A stretch of DNA of 64,000 bases from an uncultured Candidatus Rokubacteria bacterium (GCA_963758635.1 CAVWWD010000008.1:1216001-1280000); one strand, 5' to 3'. Numbered from the stretch's first letter, positions 34,681 through 52,461 are shown. Notes: a model not told the origin generated them from the letters alone. Made by a program: numbers and translations.

Positions 34681-35139
34681 CCCGGGTCCGCTGCCGCTGC
34701 CCGAGCGCGTGCTGCTCTACCTCCGCGCGTGCAGCCGCGACCTCCCGCTGTCGTTCGGCGAGACCTGCGCCGACCGGAGCATCGAAGCCTTCGCGAGAAT
34801 CGCCGGCGTGACGCGGGCGGAAGCGCGGCACGCGTTCCGCGAGGCGCTCGCCGACCGGCCACATCGTCCTCACCAGGAGCACCGAGCCATGATCACCTCC
34901 CCGCCGGACTGGCTGCTCGACACGGTGGTCAGGCGGTATCACAACCACCACTGCTTCCGGTACATGTACAACCTCTTCACCGACGCGGCAACTCGACGAC
35001 GAGGCCGATGCTCGCGCAGATGCTGGGCTGGATCGAGGCCGACGCCGCGCAGATCACGCCGGCGTGTGCGCGCGAGGTGCGCGACCTGATCCGCCGGGCC
35101 GAGGCCGAGGGCGCGGACGCGGAGGCAAGACGAGGATGA
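34673..35139 (+). CDS. hypothetical protein (frameshifted)
   Basis: LPERVLLYLRACSRDL...FARIAGVTRAEAR; C-terminal MLAQMLGWIEAD in a shifted frame. Confidence 0.4.
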
Positions 35140-35532
35140 GTGACCGACGACGCTAGATCGTGCTTGCCAAAAGACCACGTTAGCTGCTGGAAGACGACTT
35201 GACCGACCTCGCCGACTCACGTGCGCTCTGGACGCGCTGCCTCGGTTTGCCACTGTGCTGACTGGACCGATGCTCGGGAAGCTTTTCCCAGAGAGGGCGA
35301 CGAGACCCTCATCCTTGCCGCTATCGAGCGCCCATGCGATCTCGATTGATGCGCGCAGCTGTGCCGAGCGCGATCAGACTCTTGCGCCCATCAAGGTTAC
35401 GTGCTAACGGTACCAGCCGTCGAGGCTGCGGCCGGAAGAGCCTGCACGCCGACCTCGTGGCGCAGGCGAAGCTGCGCATGGTCAACGTGTACCTCGAACA
35501 TAGCTGCGGCGTCCGGCGCAGCCGACGACCGA

Positions 35533-35849
35533 TGACGGCGAGCCCGGCGGTGGGCGTCTGCGTCACCTGTGGCGCGCCCGCGCGGCGCCGGTGGTGCGTG
35601 CGCTGCCTCGTCGCCATGGCGCCCACGGTGCGCGCGCACGCCGATCACCTCCGGCGCCTCATGGAACAGATCGTCACGCCGGAGAGGATCCGCCCGCCCA
35701 CCCTGGTGTCCTGGCTGGCCGGCGCCTCGTGGGCCGAGATCGAGGACCTCCTCGCCGCCATCGACGCCGAACTGGACCGGCGCGGCCGGCGTAACGGCCC
35801 TGACGCGAGTGGACGCGGTGTGACCTGGAGTGAGAGCCATGATGCCTGA
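35533..35849 (+). CDS. Zn-finger-containing hypothetical protein
   Basis: CVTCGAPARRRWCVRC then a helical segment ending IEDLLAAIDAELDRR. Confidence 0.45.
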
Positions 35850-36210
35850 CCGCCGCGCCGAAGCCGTGTGCCGCGATCACGCTGCCCGTCGCTGGTCACG
35901 GCCTCGACGCCGTGTCCGCGCGCATGGCACGCGCGGACCCGGCCGCGATGGACCGCACGCGTCTCCGCCCGCGCGCCGCGGCTACGGAGGCAGTGGTCGT
36001 GGCATTGTCGCGCCAACGCGTCGCGGCGAACGACGCCGAGCCTCTGCGTCGAGCGCGCACGCGCGGGACGCGTGGTCATCGCGCGACCGAGCTCGACGCA
36101 CGATCGTGCCGCAAGCGCGCAGGCGGCAACGACGAGCCTGACCAACATTGAAGATGCGACTCTGTCGCGCCCACCGCAACGATGAAGGGCCGCGGCGCGA
36201 GGGCACGTGA
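35842..36210 (+). CDS. HNH endonuclease, packaging-associated type (heavily frameshifted)
   Basis: reassembled fragments MP..C..CPSLV..PCP.H..GYGG.W..LCVE..RAGRVVIATELD.IVP..GGNDE..N..LCR.H match the HK97 gp74-like HNH layout. Confidence 0.65.
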
Positions 36211-36353
36211 CCACCCTGGCCTCGGATTTATGCCCGTCGCCGCGCATGTACATCGCTTGCCCGTCCTGCGCATGGAAACGATCCGAATCCGACGCTTGAC
36301 GGCAGGGGCCCGCTTGCGCCTGGGGCGGCCCACGCCGGCGTAAGATCGGGCAC

Positions 36354-36756
36354 ATGCCGCCCGCGGTCTGAGGCCGAGACAGATCCGTCGCGAGCTGCTC
36401 ACGAGAGCACGGCGACACGCCGGAGACGAGGCGCGTCGTCGACCAGGCCATCGCCTTCCTGCTGCGCGCCGAGGAGGCGCACGCGGCGCTGGTGGCGCAC
36501 GGCGGCGCTGACGATCGTGACGGGCAAGGGCGTGTTCCCGCACCCGGCGGTGACGATCGAGCGGACCGCGCGCTTGGCGTTCCTGACCTCGCTGCGCGTG
36601 CTCAACCAGAGGCCGAAGCGCCAGAAGATGGGCGAGACCGCTGATGGGCGAGGCGCCTGGACGGCGGCCGCAGCCGGCTTCTTCGCCCCGCCCGCGTCGC
36701 CGGCCCGACGCCGCCGCGCGGCCCGCTACATCACGCCCATCACGCCCGCCGTGTAA
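36354..36756 (+). CDS. terminase small subunit-like protein (P27-family-like; frameshifted)
   Basis: RAEEAHAALVAHG..GKGVFPHPAVTIERTARLAFLTSLRVL; directly downstream of the HNH. Confidence 0.6.
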
Positions 36757-36765
36757 GCCGCGGCG

Positions 36766-36966
36766 ATGGCGGGCGAGCCCCAGGCCTACTACACGCATTC
36801 GCGCAGGTCGCCGCTCTCTACCACGATCAACGAGCGGACGCTGAGACACTGGATCTCCAAGGGCGCCGTCCAGGCGACCCGCGTCGGCCCCGGCGGGACG
36901 ATCCGCCTGAGCGCGAACGAGGTGAAGAAGCTGGCGCGCGAGACCGGACGGGCGCCGGCATCCTGA
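36766..36966 (+). CDS. HTH_17/excisionase-like DNA-binding protein
   Basis: INERTLRHWISKGAVQATRVGPGGTIRLSANEVKKL. Confidence 0.7.
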   Translation: MAGEPQAYYTHSRRSPLSTTINERTLRHWISKGAVQATRVGPGGTIRLSANEVKKLARETGRAPAS

Positions 36967-37017
36967 CATGGACCCGCCTTGTCTTTCCCGTACCCCTGGT
37001 GGCCACGCTCGGTCCCG

Positions 37018-37230
37018 ATGGCGGAGCTGGAGTGGGTCAAGGTGCGCGAGCTGGCGGCGCGGGAAGGCGTCGATCCGAAGACGATCTGGGCGATGGGTCG
37101 GCGAAGGACTTGGTCGAGAACGCGCCGCCTGGCGACAGGCGACCGGTGTCCGCGTCCGCATGCGCACCGCCGAGGAGCTACGCGGCCCTGACCACGCCGC
37201 GTGCCGTCGTCCCGCCGGCCGCCGCCGCGC
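37018..37230 (+). CDS. HTH DNA-binding protein (frameshifted)
   Basis: WVKVRELAAREGVDPKTIW(R)WVGEGL; end approximate. Confidence 0.55.
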
Positions 37231-37311
37231 TGAGCCTTTCTCCTTGCGCCTCGCCACGCCCCCGCGCATCCTCGCCGCAGGGAGGACCAAGGTGATGAGA
37301 ACGAGATCCCC

Positions 37312-38373
37312 ATGATCATCGGCACTGCCCGCCGACAACATCGTCGCCTACGTGGAGGCCCAGCTCGGCCCGCTCGACGACCTGCCGATGGCGGTCTACG
37401 TGCGGCGAGCGCCCCCGGAGCGCCGCCCAGGAGACGGCGGCCGTCCTGGGCGCAGTGGGCCTGCGACCATCCGGCCACCCCGTTTCCGTGACCTCGCAGC
37501 GCGACCAGACCCGGCAGCTGATCGCCTCGCTCGAGCGCGAGATGAACCGGCCGCCGGCGCCGCGGCGGACGATGGCGGAGCTCGAGCAGGAGATCGCGCG
37601 CACCCGGCGGCTCGTCGCCGAGGCGCCCGTGATGGCGATGGGTCGGACGGTCGGAGCCCGCGCCGGCGTCCACGGGCCCCGGGGAGCCGCTGCAGGCCGT
37701 CCGGGAGCGCGCGGACGTACGCCAGGTCGAGGCGGAGCTCGCGGCCGCCCTGGCGGGCCGCACGCAGGCCGCGGAGCGGCTGGCCGCGGCGCTCCGCAGC
37801 GCTCGCGGTGGCCGAGCAGCAGGCCGGCGAGGACGTGGACGCCGGGCGCGGATCTCCCGGCGGCGCTCACCGGGGCGCACGTCGCGCGCGCGCGACGGCG
37901 GAGAGTCACGGTGCGCGTGGCCCAGCAGGCCGTCGAGGGCGCCGAGGCGCGGGCCCAGCGCGTCCGCGGCCAGGCCCGCGACGAGTACCGCCACGCCCTC
38001 GAGGCAGGCGCAGCGCGCCGCTGGTGCGTGAAGCTGGATGCGCTCCTCCTCGAGGTGGGGACGGTGAACACCGAGCTCGGCGTGCTCCACCAGGCCGCGC
38101 TGGTGAACCTCGGCGCCCGGGAACGGATGGGGCAGCCGCGCCGGCGTGTTCGGCCCGCTGGCGAGCGATCGCGGCGAGATGCCGATGGCCGTCTGGGCGC
38201 TGGCGTCGAGCGCTGCGGCGACGCGAAGCTGCGGCCGCGGAGCGACGACGCGGACTGGGCGGCCGTCTGCGCGCCGCTGCGTCAGCCGGCGTTTGCCGCT
38301 CCGGCCGATCCTCCCGCGGGCGCCGGCGCGCGATCCCGCGCTCGTCGCGCTGCTCGATGGCGCCGAGCGGTAG
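37312..38373 (+). CDS. Ala/Glu/Arg-rich coiled-coil protein(s) (frameshifted)
   Basis: LIASLEREMN, AELEQEIARTRRL, RVAQQAVEGAEARAQRVRGQARDEYRHALE, KLDALLLEVGTVNTEL; number of genes unclear. Confidence 0.4.
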
Positions 38374-38713
38374 CGCGTGGGGGCGGGGCGGGTGTACTCC
38401 GTCTCCGTTCCTGGCCTCCCCACGGCTCCGGCTGCTCCAGGCGCCGGGGCCGTGGGGACGGCTCTCGCCGCTGTGACCGTCCCGGTCACACCCGCGCGCC
38501 GATGATCCCCGCCGTCGCCAGGCTATCAGCCGGACCAGCCCGGTGCGACCTGCCTTTCAGCGGGCCCAGGACGGCGGCTATCAAACACAGGGACTCGCGG
38601 CCGTCGTCGAGCTGCGAGCATCGTCGTCGAGTTCTCACCGGTCACGCGCGGCCCGCGGCCGAGCGTCCCCACGAGTGGTGGGGGCATCCGCCGCGCTGTT
38701 CGGACGCTGCCCA

Positions 38714-38999
38714 TGCGCTACCGCGTGGCGATCGACCTCGAGATCGTCGTCACCCTCGACACCAGGACCACGGTGCCGCGACTACGTCCGCGAGGTCGTG
38801 ATCCCCGACGACGACGAGGTCCTCGCGCTCCTCCTGGCCACGACGGGCGTGACCCTGCCCGATGACGAGGAGGTTCTCCTTCTCCTGGCCTCGACGGCGC
38901 CGCCGGCCACGCCCCGCGGCCCGCGATGTCGCTAGCGATGCTCGCGGAGATCATCGACGAGGACGACGCGCTCTGGTTGCGCCGCTCAGTCCGTGCTTA
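38714..38999 (+). CDS. small hypothetical protein with repeated DDEEVLLLL motif
   Basis: PDDDEVLALLL, PDDEEVLLLLA and IDEDDALWL across frames. Confidence 0.4.
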
Positions 39000-39017
39000 G
39001 GGACGCCGAACAGCCGC

Positions 39018-39036
39018 GTGCCATATACGTGCCATC
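39018..39036 (+). repeat. putative integrase arm-type site, right
   Basis: identical to 24717-24735. Confidence 0.7.
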
Positions 39037-39132
39037 CGAGGGGCAGAATTGACTAAGTACGACACGGCGCGTCGCGCGCTAAGTGCGCGGAAAGACAACA
39101 GTGGCAGCAGCGCTCGGTCCCCGCTGGCCCGA

Positions 39133-39177
39133 CTCACATGCCAGGGGTCGCAGGTTCAAGTCCTGCATCGTCCACCA
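39133..39177 (+). repeat. attR core (duplicated tRNA-Val 3' end)
   Basis: CTCACATGCCAGGGGTCGCAGGTTCAAGTCCTGCATCGTCCACCA, identical to 24622-24666. Confidence 0.93.
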
Positions 39178-39206
39178 ACATCCTTCTCGCGAACCTGCCC
39201 CGCCGC

Positions 39207-40061
39207 TTACGCGCCCGTCCCCGCCGCGCGCTTGTGGAAGTACCGCTTGGCCTGCTCGTAGCCGCACTGGAAGAGGCACTCCTTGTCGGCCACGCTCAGG
39301 TCGAGCTGGAGCGTGTGCACGCCGCTGACCTGGATCAGGATGGTGTCCTGCCACAGCGTGCCCGGCACGCGCTGGTTCTCGAGCGCGTTCAGCATCGTGT
39401 CGAGGAGGATCTTCGCGAAGTCCCAGGGCCAGAGCCGCGCGCGATCGGGGAGCTGCCGCGTCTCCGCCGAGACCATGCGCAGCATCACCGTGCGCACGGG
39501 CGGACCGGCGCAGCGGGCGGCCATGAGCTCGAGCCCGCTGGGGATCCACGGCATGAGCTGGCCGTCCACGAGGAGCCGCTTCTCGATCCGCTGCGCGCGC
39601 CAGACCCACGGGATGGACATCGAGCAGCGCACGGCCTTGCTCACCTGCATGCCCGGCGTGGTGTAGCGCGAGAAGAAGAACGGCTCGCGGCCCACGAGAT
39701 CGGCGGCGGCCACGAAGAAGTCGCGCTCGAGATCCTCGAAGCGCGCGCCCTTCAGCCGGTCGTCCATGTAGCGCTCGAAGCTGTTGCCGAGGTAGAGGCC
39801 GCCCTCGAAGAGGAAGCCGCGCAGGCTCCAGTCGTTGAACTCGGTGAGCTTCGTCTCGAGGACGCCGCGGTGCATGTCCGTCACCGACCACCCCGCGGCG
39901 AGCAGCGCGCCCACGATGCTGCCCGCGGAGACGCCCGGGACGTTGACGATCTCGACGCCCATCTCCTCGAAGGCGGCGAGGGCACCGACGTAGGCGGGAA
40001 AGCGCACGCCGCCCCCCGCCATCACGAGGTTGATGCGCTCGCCGCCCGAAGCTTCGGTCAT
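39207..40061 (-). CDS. patatin-like phospholipase
   Basis: GGGVR oxyanion loop, GVSAG nucleophile, SMSIP, catalytic VDGQ. Confidence 0.88.
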   Translation of the reverse strand: MTEASGGERINLVMAGGGVRFPAYVGALAAFEEMGVEIVNVPGVSAGSIVGALLAAGWSVTDMHRGVLETKLTEFNDWSLRGFLFEGGLYLGNSFERYMDDRLKGARFEDLERDFFVAAADLVGREPFFFSRYTTPGMQVSKAVRCSMSIPWVWRAQRIEKRLLVDGQLMPWIPSGLELMAARCAGPPVRTVMLRMVSAETRQLPDRARLWPWDFAKILLDTMLNALENQRVPGTLWQDTILIQVSGVHTLQLDLSVADKECLFQCGYEQAKRYFHKRAAGTGA

Positions 40062-40301
40062 CGTGAAACTGTCCTGCCGTGGCCACGCGCCGGCCGCGGC
40101 TGCCCCCAAACCTAGGCGACCGGCGTTGGGGTGTCAAGCAAGCCCGCGCCGTTTCGACACGACCCGGCCGCGCGTGCGCAACTTCTGCGCCCTCGCCGCG
40201 CCGGACAGTCTTTGGTCGTCGGGGGTTTGCGCGTCATCATGCTAGAGTTGAGATCGAAGTTGGAAGTGTCAGGTCGTTCACAACACTTCGGGTCCCGCGC
40301 G

Positions 40302-43300
40302 ATGGGAGGGGTGCATCCCTTGAACGAGCTGCGGACGGTGCTGTCTCGGCTGGTCGCGGTGGCCCTCGTCACCGGCGTGATGCTCGGCGGCGGGTGCACG
40401 CAGAGCCCCGAGGTGAAGAAGCAGAAGGCGCTCGAGCGTGCGGAGGTCCACCTCAAGGACGGTAAGCCCAACGAGGCCATCATCGAGCTGCGCAACGCGC
40501 TGCAGGTGGACAAGGACTTCGTGCCCGCCCTGCACGCCCTCGGCCGCGCGTACACGGCCAAGCTGTGGTACGCGGACGCGATTCGTGAGCTGAAGCGCGC
40601 GCAAACGCTCGCGCCGGACTCCGTGCCCATCGCCCTCGACCTCGGGCGCGCCAGTGTCGACTTCGGCGTCTGGAAGGAGGCCGGGGAGCAGGCGGACAAG
40701 GTCCTCGGCCGCGAGCCCGGCAACACGGCCGGGCTGGAGATGCGCGCCGCGGCGCTCCTCGGCCAAGGCAAGGCGGCGGAGGCGCTGGTCGTCCTCGACA
40801 CGATCCCCGCGGCCCAGCGTGGCGCGAGCCAGTCCGTGCGGGGACGCGCGCTCGCCCGGCTCGGCAAGACGGCGGAGGCCGAGCAGGCGTTCAAGGCGGC
40901 GCTGGCCGCCGACCCCAAGGATTACCGGAGCCTCAGCGGGCTCGGCGAGATCTCGCTCAGTCGGAGGCAATGGGAAGAAGCGGCCAAGCTCTACGGCGAC
41001 GCGAAGGCGATCCAGCCCGGCGACCCGCGGATCCGCCTCGGCCTCGCCACCGCGAAGGCCCAGCTCAAGAAGGTGCCCGAGGCCATCCAGGAGCTGGAGA
41101 GCCTGGACCGGCGCTCCCGCACGTTCCCCGTCATACTCGCCCTCGGGACGCTCTACCTCCAGGCCAATCGCCCCACGGAGGCGATCAATCTCCTCGCCCC
41201 CATCGTCCAGCGCCTGCCCCAGGCGACCGACGTGCGCTTCCTGCTCGCGTCCGCGTATCTCGCCAACAACCAGGCGGACTACGCGATCGGCGAGTTCGAA
41301 ACCCTCGTGCGCGAGAACCCGAAGAACACGCTGGTGCAGTACAGGCTCGCCCAGGCGTTCCTGCGCCGCGGGCAGGCGAAGGAGGCCCTGGCGCGTCTCG
41401 ACGGCATCGCCAAGTCCTTCGAGAAGGTCGCCGAGTACCATCTGGAGCGAGGGAGGGCGTTCATGGTGCTCGGACGCCCGGACGACGCCACCAAGGCGGT
41501 GGCCGTCGCGCAGAAGCTCGCGCCCGACTGGCCGCAGCCCTACCTCCTCGCCGGCGAGATCCGGCTCCAGCAGGGCGATCGGAGCGGCGCGCGCGCGATG
41601 TACGTGAAGGCGGCCGAGCTCGACGCGAGCTACGCTCCCGCGCACATGGCGCTCGGCCGGCTCAACGAGGCCGAGCAGAAGTTCGACGCCGCGCTCCAGG
41701 AGTACGACGCCGCCGTCGCCGCGGACCCGAAGTCCGTCGCCACCGTGCGCAGCAAGGCGGGCGCCCTCATCAGGCAGAAGAAGGTCAAGGAGGCCATCCA
41801 GTTCGTCGAGGCCAAGGTGAAGGAGGAGCCGAACAACGGGACGCTGCGCTCGCTGCTGGGCGCCGCCTACCTGCTCGACAAGCAGTACGACAAAGCGGGC
41901 GCGGCCTACAAGGCGGCGGTGGACCTTGACCAGCGTGCCGTCGAGCCGCGCCTTGGCCTCGCGCGGGTCGCCCTGGCGCAGCAGCGGGAAGAGGAGGCCC
42001 TGAGCCAGCTCCAGAGCGCGGTGAAGATACGGCCGGACCACCGCGTCGCCGTGCTCCTGCTCGCCTCGCTGGCCGACAAGCTCGGGCGCCCGGAGGTGGC
42101 GGTACCCGTCGTCGAGGCGGCGCTCAAGGCGTCGCCCAAGCAGACAGACCTCGTGCTCGTGCTCTCCGACCTCTATGTGCGCGTGGGTAAGTACGACCAG
42201 GCGATCGCCGGGCTCAGCACGCTGATCGCGGAGAACCCGAACCTCACCGCGGCGCGGATCGTCCGCGGGCAGGCGCTGCTCGCCAAGCGCGACGGCGCGG
42301 CCGCTCTCAAGGACTTCACCGCCGTGGCCCAGGCCCACCCGAAGTCGGCCCAGGCCCACTACCTGCTCGCGCGGTCGCACGTCGTGCTGAACCAGGTGAA
42401 CCAGGCCAAGAAGGAGTACGAAGAGGCGCTCAAGCTCGACCCCAAGCTCGAAGGTGCCAAGACGGAGCTGGCCGTGCTGTCCGGGGCGAAACCCGACGAG
42501 GACGCCTACACCAAGCGAGTGGCCCAGCTCCGGGAGGCCATCAAGAAGGACCCGCGCAACGTCGCGCTGCGGATGGCCCTCGCCACCGACCTCATCACGC
42601 TCCGCCAGACCAAGGAGGCCCAGACCGAGCTCAAGCAACTCCTGGAGCTGTCGCCCAGCCACACGGTGGCCAACGTCACGATGGCGGAGCTGCTCATGGC
42701 CCAGGGCAGCGCCGACGAGGGCGCCAACCACCTCCGGGCCGCATTGCGTGGCAACCCGTCACACATCCGGGCCAACGTCCTGCTCGGGCGCTACCTCGAG
42801 TCACGCGGCCAGCGGGAGGAGGCGATCGCGCGGTACCAGGCCGCGCTCCGCGTCAACCCGAACCTGGTGGACGTGAAGCTCCAGCTCGGCCTGCTCTACG
42901 CGGCGGCCAAGCGGCTGCCCGAGGCGCTCAAGATGGTCGAGGAGGTGCAGACGAGCCTCCCGAACAGTCCGGCCCCTCTCATCCTCAAGGGCTTCATCCA
43001 GCTCGCCCAGCTGAACCCGAAGGCGGCCGCCGACACCTTCGGCGCCGCGCTGAGACTCAAGCCGGACGCCGGCGACGCCCACCGCGGCCTCGCCCAGGCC
43101 TACGAGGGACTCGAGCAGAACGACCGGGCCATCGAGACCTACCGCAAGGCGATCGCCGTGAACGAGAACGACCTCATCAGCCTCAACAACCTCGCCTGGC
43201 TCATCAGCGAGCACCGGAAGAAGCCCGACGAGGCGCTGCCCTTCGCGATCCGGGCGCAGCAGCTCGCGCCGCAGCTTCCCACGGTGCTCGACACGCTGGG

Positions 43301-43529
43301 CTGGATCCACTACCGGCGCGCCGCTTACGAGGAAGCCGAGAAGCTGATCACCAAGGCGGTCGAGCGCAGCCCCAACAACGGGGCGATGCAGTACCACCTG
43401 GGCATGACGTACGTGAAGCTCGGGCGGAAAGGGGACGCGGTCTCCAGCCTGCGCCGCGCCTCCCAGCTCGACCCCAAGCTCGCCCGCGCCGAGCGCATCC
43501 CCGACCTCATCAAGGACCTCGGCGGCTGA
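40302..43529 (+). CDS. large TPR-repeat lipoprotein, PEP-CTERM system PrsT-like
   Basis: lipobox LGGGC, AIIELRNALQ, many TPRs, C-terminal LNNLAW...LDTLGWIHY; start may be TTG 40320. Confidence 0.8.
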   Translation: MGGVHPLNELRTVLSRLVAVALVTGVMLGGGCTQSPEVKKQKALERAEVHLKDGKPNEAIIELRNALQVDKDFVPALHALGRAYTAKLWYADAIRELKRAQTLAPDSVPIALDLGRASVDFGVWKEAGEQADKVLGREPGNTAGLEMRAAALLGQGKAAEALVVLDTIPAAQRGASQSVRGRALARLGKTAEAEQAFKAALAADPKDYRSLSGLGEISLSRRQWEEAAKLYGDAKAIQPGDPRIRLGLATAKAQLKKVPEAIQELESLDRRSRTFPVILALGTLYLQANRPTEAINLLAPIVQRLPQATDVRFLLASAYLANNQADYAIGEFETLVRENPKNTLVQYRLAQAFLRRGQAKEALARLDGIAKSFEKVAEYHLERGRAFMVLGRPDDATKAVAVAQKLAPDWPQPYLLAGEIRLQQGDRSGARAMYVKAAELDASYAPAHMALGRLNEAEQKFDAALQEYDAAVAADPKSVATVRSKAGALIRQKKVKEAIQFVEAKVKEEPNNGTLRSLLGAAYLLDKQYDKAGAAYKAAVDLDQRAVEPRLGLARVALAQQREEEALSQLQSAVKIRPDHRVAVLLLASLADKLGRPEVAVPVVEAALKASPKQTDLVLVLSDLYVRVGKYDQAIAGLSTLIAENPNLTAARIVRGQALLAKRDGAAALKDFTAVAQAHPKSAQAHYLLARSHVVLNQVNQAKKEYEEALKLDPKLEGAKTELAVLSGAKPDEDAYTKRVAQLREAIKKDPRNVALRMALATDLITLRQTKEAQTELKQLLELSPSHTVANVTMAELLMAQGSADEGANHLRAALRGNPSHIRANVLLGRYLESRGQREEAIARYQAALRVNPNLVDVKLQLGLLYAAAKRLPEALKMVEEVQTSLPNSPAPLILKGFIQLAQLNPKAAADTFGAALRLKPDAGDAHRGLAQAYEGLEQNDRAIETYRKAIAVNENDLISLNNLAWLISEHRKKPDEALPFAIRAQQLAPQLPTVLDTLGWIHYRRAAYEEAEKLITKAVERSPNNGAMQYHLGMTYVKLGRKGDAVSSLRRASQLDPKLARAERIPDLIKDLGG

Positions 43530-43561
43530 GAGCGCTCGACAAGCTTCTTCGGCGACTCCGC

Positions 43562-44975
43562 GTGAGCCTGCCCGGGAGATCCGCCGAGATCCTCGCCTTC
43601 CTCCGGTCGGCGGAGCCGGAGATGCTGGAGATGAGGGCGAGGCCGCGGTGCTGGAGTCGTTCCGAGCGCCGCCGCCGAGGTGCCGGCGTACGCGGACATC
43701 CTGAAGCGCCACGGCGTGGATCCCGCGAGCGTCACCGACCTGGACGCCTTCCGCGCCCGCGTGCCGCTCACCGACAAGAGCACCACGTTCCTCGCGTACC
43801 CCGTGCGCGAGCTGTGCCGGGGCGGCGGCCTCGCCGGCATCAAGTCGATCATCCCGAGCTCCGGGCACTCCGGCACGTTCGCCTTCAGCGTGGACACCGC
43901 GGAGGGCGCGGCGCTGGCCGCCAAGGGCGTGGACCTCGCCTTCGAGTACGTGCTCGAGATCTCGTCGCGCCGGGGGCTCGTGCTCAACTGCTACCCCACG
44001 GGGCTCCAGGTCCCCACGTCGATGGCCGTCGCCAACACCGGCGTGAGCGCGGACGTGGCCCTGGCCATCGTGCGGGCCGTCGCCGCCGAGTTCGAGCAGC
44101 TCGTCATCGTGGGGCAGCCGCTGTTCGTGAAGAAGCTGGTGGAGGACGGCGTCGAGCAGGGCATCGACTGGGCGCGCCTGCGCACCACGCTGGTCACCGG
44201 CGGGGAAGGGTTCGTCGAGAGCTGGCGGACGTACATGTCGGGGCTGCTCGGCATCGCCGATCCCGACAACCCCACCACCCAGTTCGTGGCGTCCACCATG
44301 GGGGCGCGGGAGCTCGGGCTGAACCTGTTCCACGAGATCCCGGAGACCATCCGAATCATCCGCCGCGCGTACCGTGACTCGTCGCTGCGCGAGGCCCTCT
44401 TCGGGGCGGGCGTGACGCATACGCCCCACTTCTTCCTCTACTACCCGATGCGCAGCTTCATCGAGGAGATCCCCGCGCCGGGCTGGCCGGGCGGCGACCT
44501 CGCAGTGTCGCACACCGCGCTCGACCTGCCGCTGCCACTCCTGCGCTACCGCACCGGCGACCTCGTGCGGCTGATCCCCCACCGGCGCCTCGAGGAGATC
44601 CTGGACGGGCACGCCCCCGACCTCGCGCTGCCCGGGCTCAAGCTGCCCGTCGCCGGCGTGTTCGGCCGCCGGGACGCGCTCCAGGCCGGCGCGCACCGCA
44701 TCAGCGGCGAGATGCTGAAGGAAGCGCTCTTCCTGGACCCGGAGGTGGCGCGCGCGGTGACCGGATTCTTCAGCGCTCGGCTCGACGGCGGGGCGCTCCG
44801 CCTGGAGGTGCAGCTCCGCGAGGGGCGGAAGCCGGGAAGCGAGCTCGACGACCGGCTCGCGCGGGCGCTCGGCTCGACGCTACCGGCGGGCGCCCGGTGT
44901 ACGGCGCGCTTTCACGAGTCGGCCGCGTTCCCGCAGCGCACCACCCACGAGCGGAAGCACCACTACCTCACGTAG
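43562..44975 (+). CDS. phenylacetate-CoA ligase (PaaK)-like adenylating enzyme (5' frameshift)
   Basis: VPAY..VPLTDK, SSGHSG, TGGEG, MGAREL, LLRYRTGD, GRRD. Confidence 0.75.
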
Positions 44976-45034
44976 CCCCGCCCAGGCTCACGTAGCTCAG
45001 GCCGCCCCGGGCCGGACGACCACCGGCGCCGGGG

Positions 45035-52457
<7,423 letters not shown>

Positions 52458-52461
<4 letters not shown>

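Larger units (their letters stand above)
24667..39177. mobile_element. ~14.5-kb integrated element, PICI-like phage satellite candidate
   Basis: 45-bp direct repeats; integrase, Xis-like HTH, primase/replicase with origin-like repeat, nuclease, HNH, TerS-like; no structural genes recognised. Element boundaries are more certain than the satellite class. Confidence 0.85.

Noticed and set aside
24667..39177. Complete prophage or ICE
   Set aside because: No capsid, portal, TerL, tail, lysis, relaxase or T4SS genes recognised; too small.
39133..39177. Second tRNA-Val gene
   Set aside because: Only the 3' 45 nt are present; the 5' acceptor strand and D arm are missing, so it is attR.
39207..40061. 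Patatin as a CBASS CapV effector or as element cargo
   Set aside because: No CD-NTase adjacent, it lies outside attR, and dacA is a housekeeping cyclase 23 kb away.
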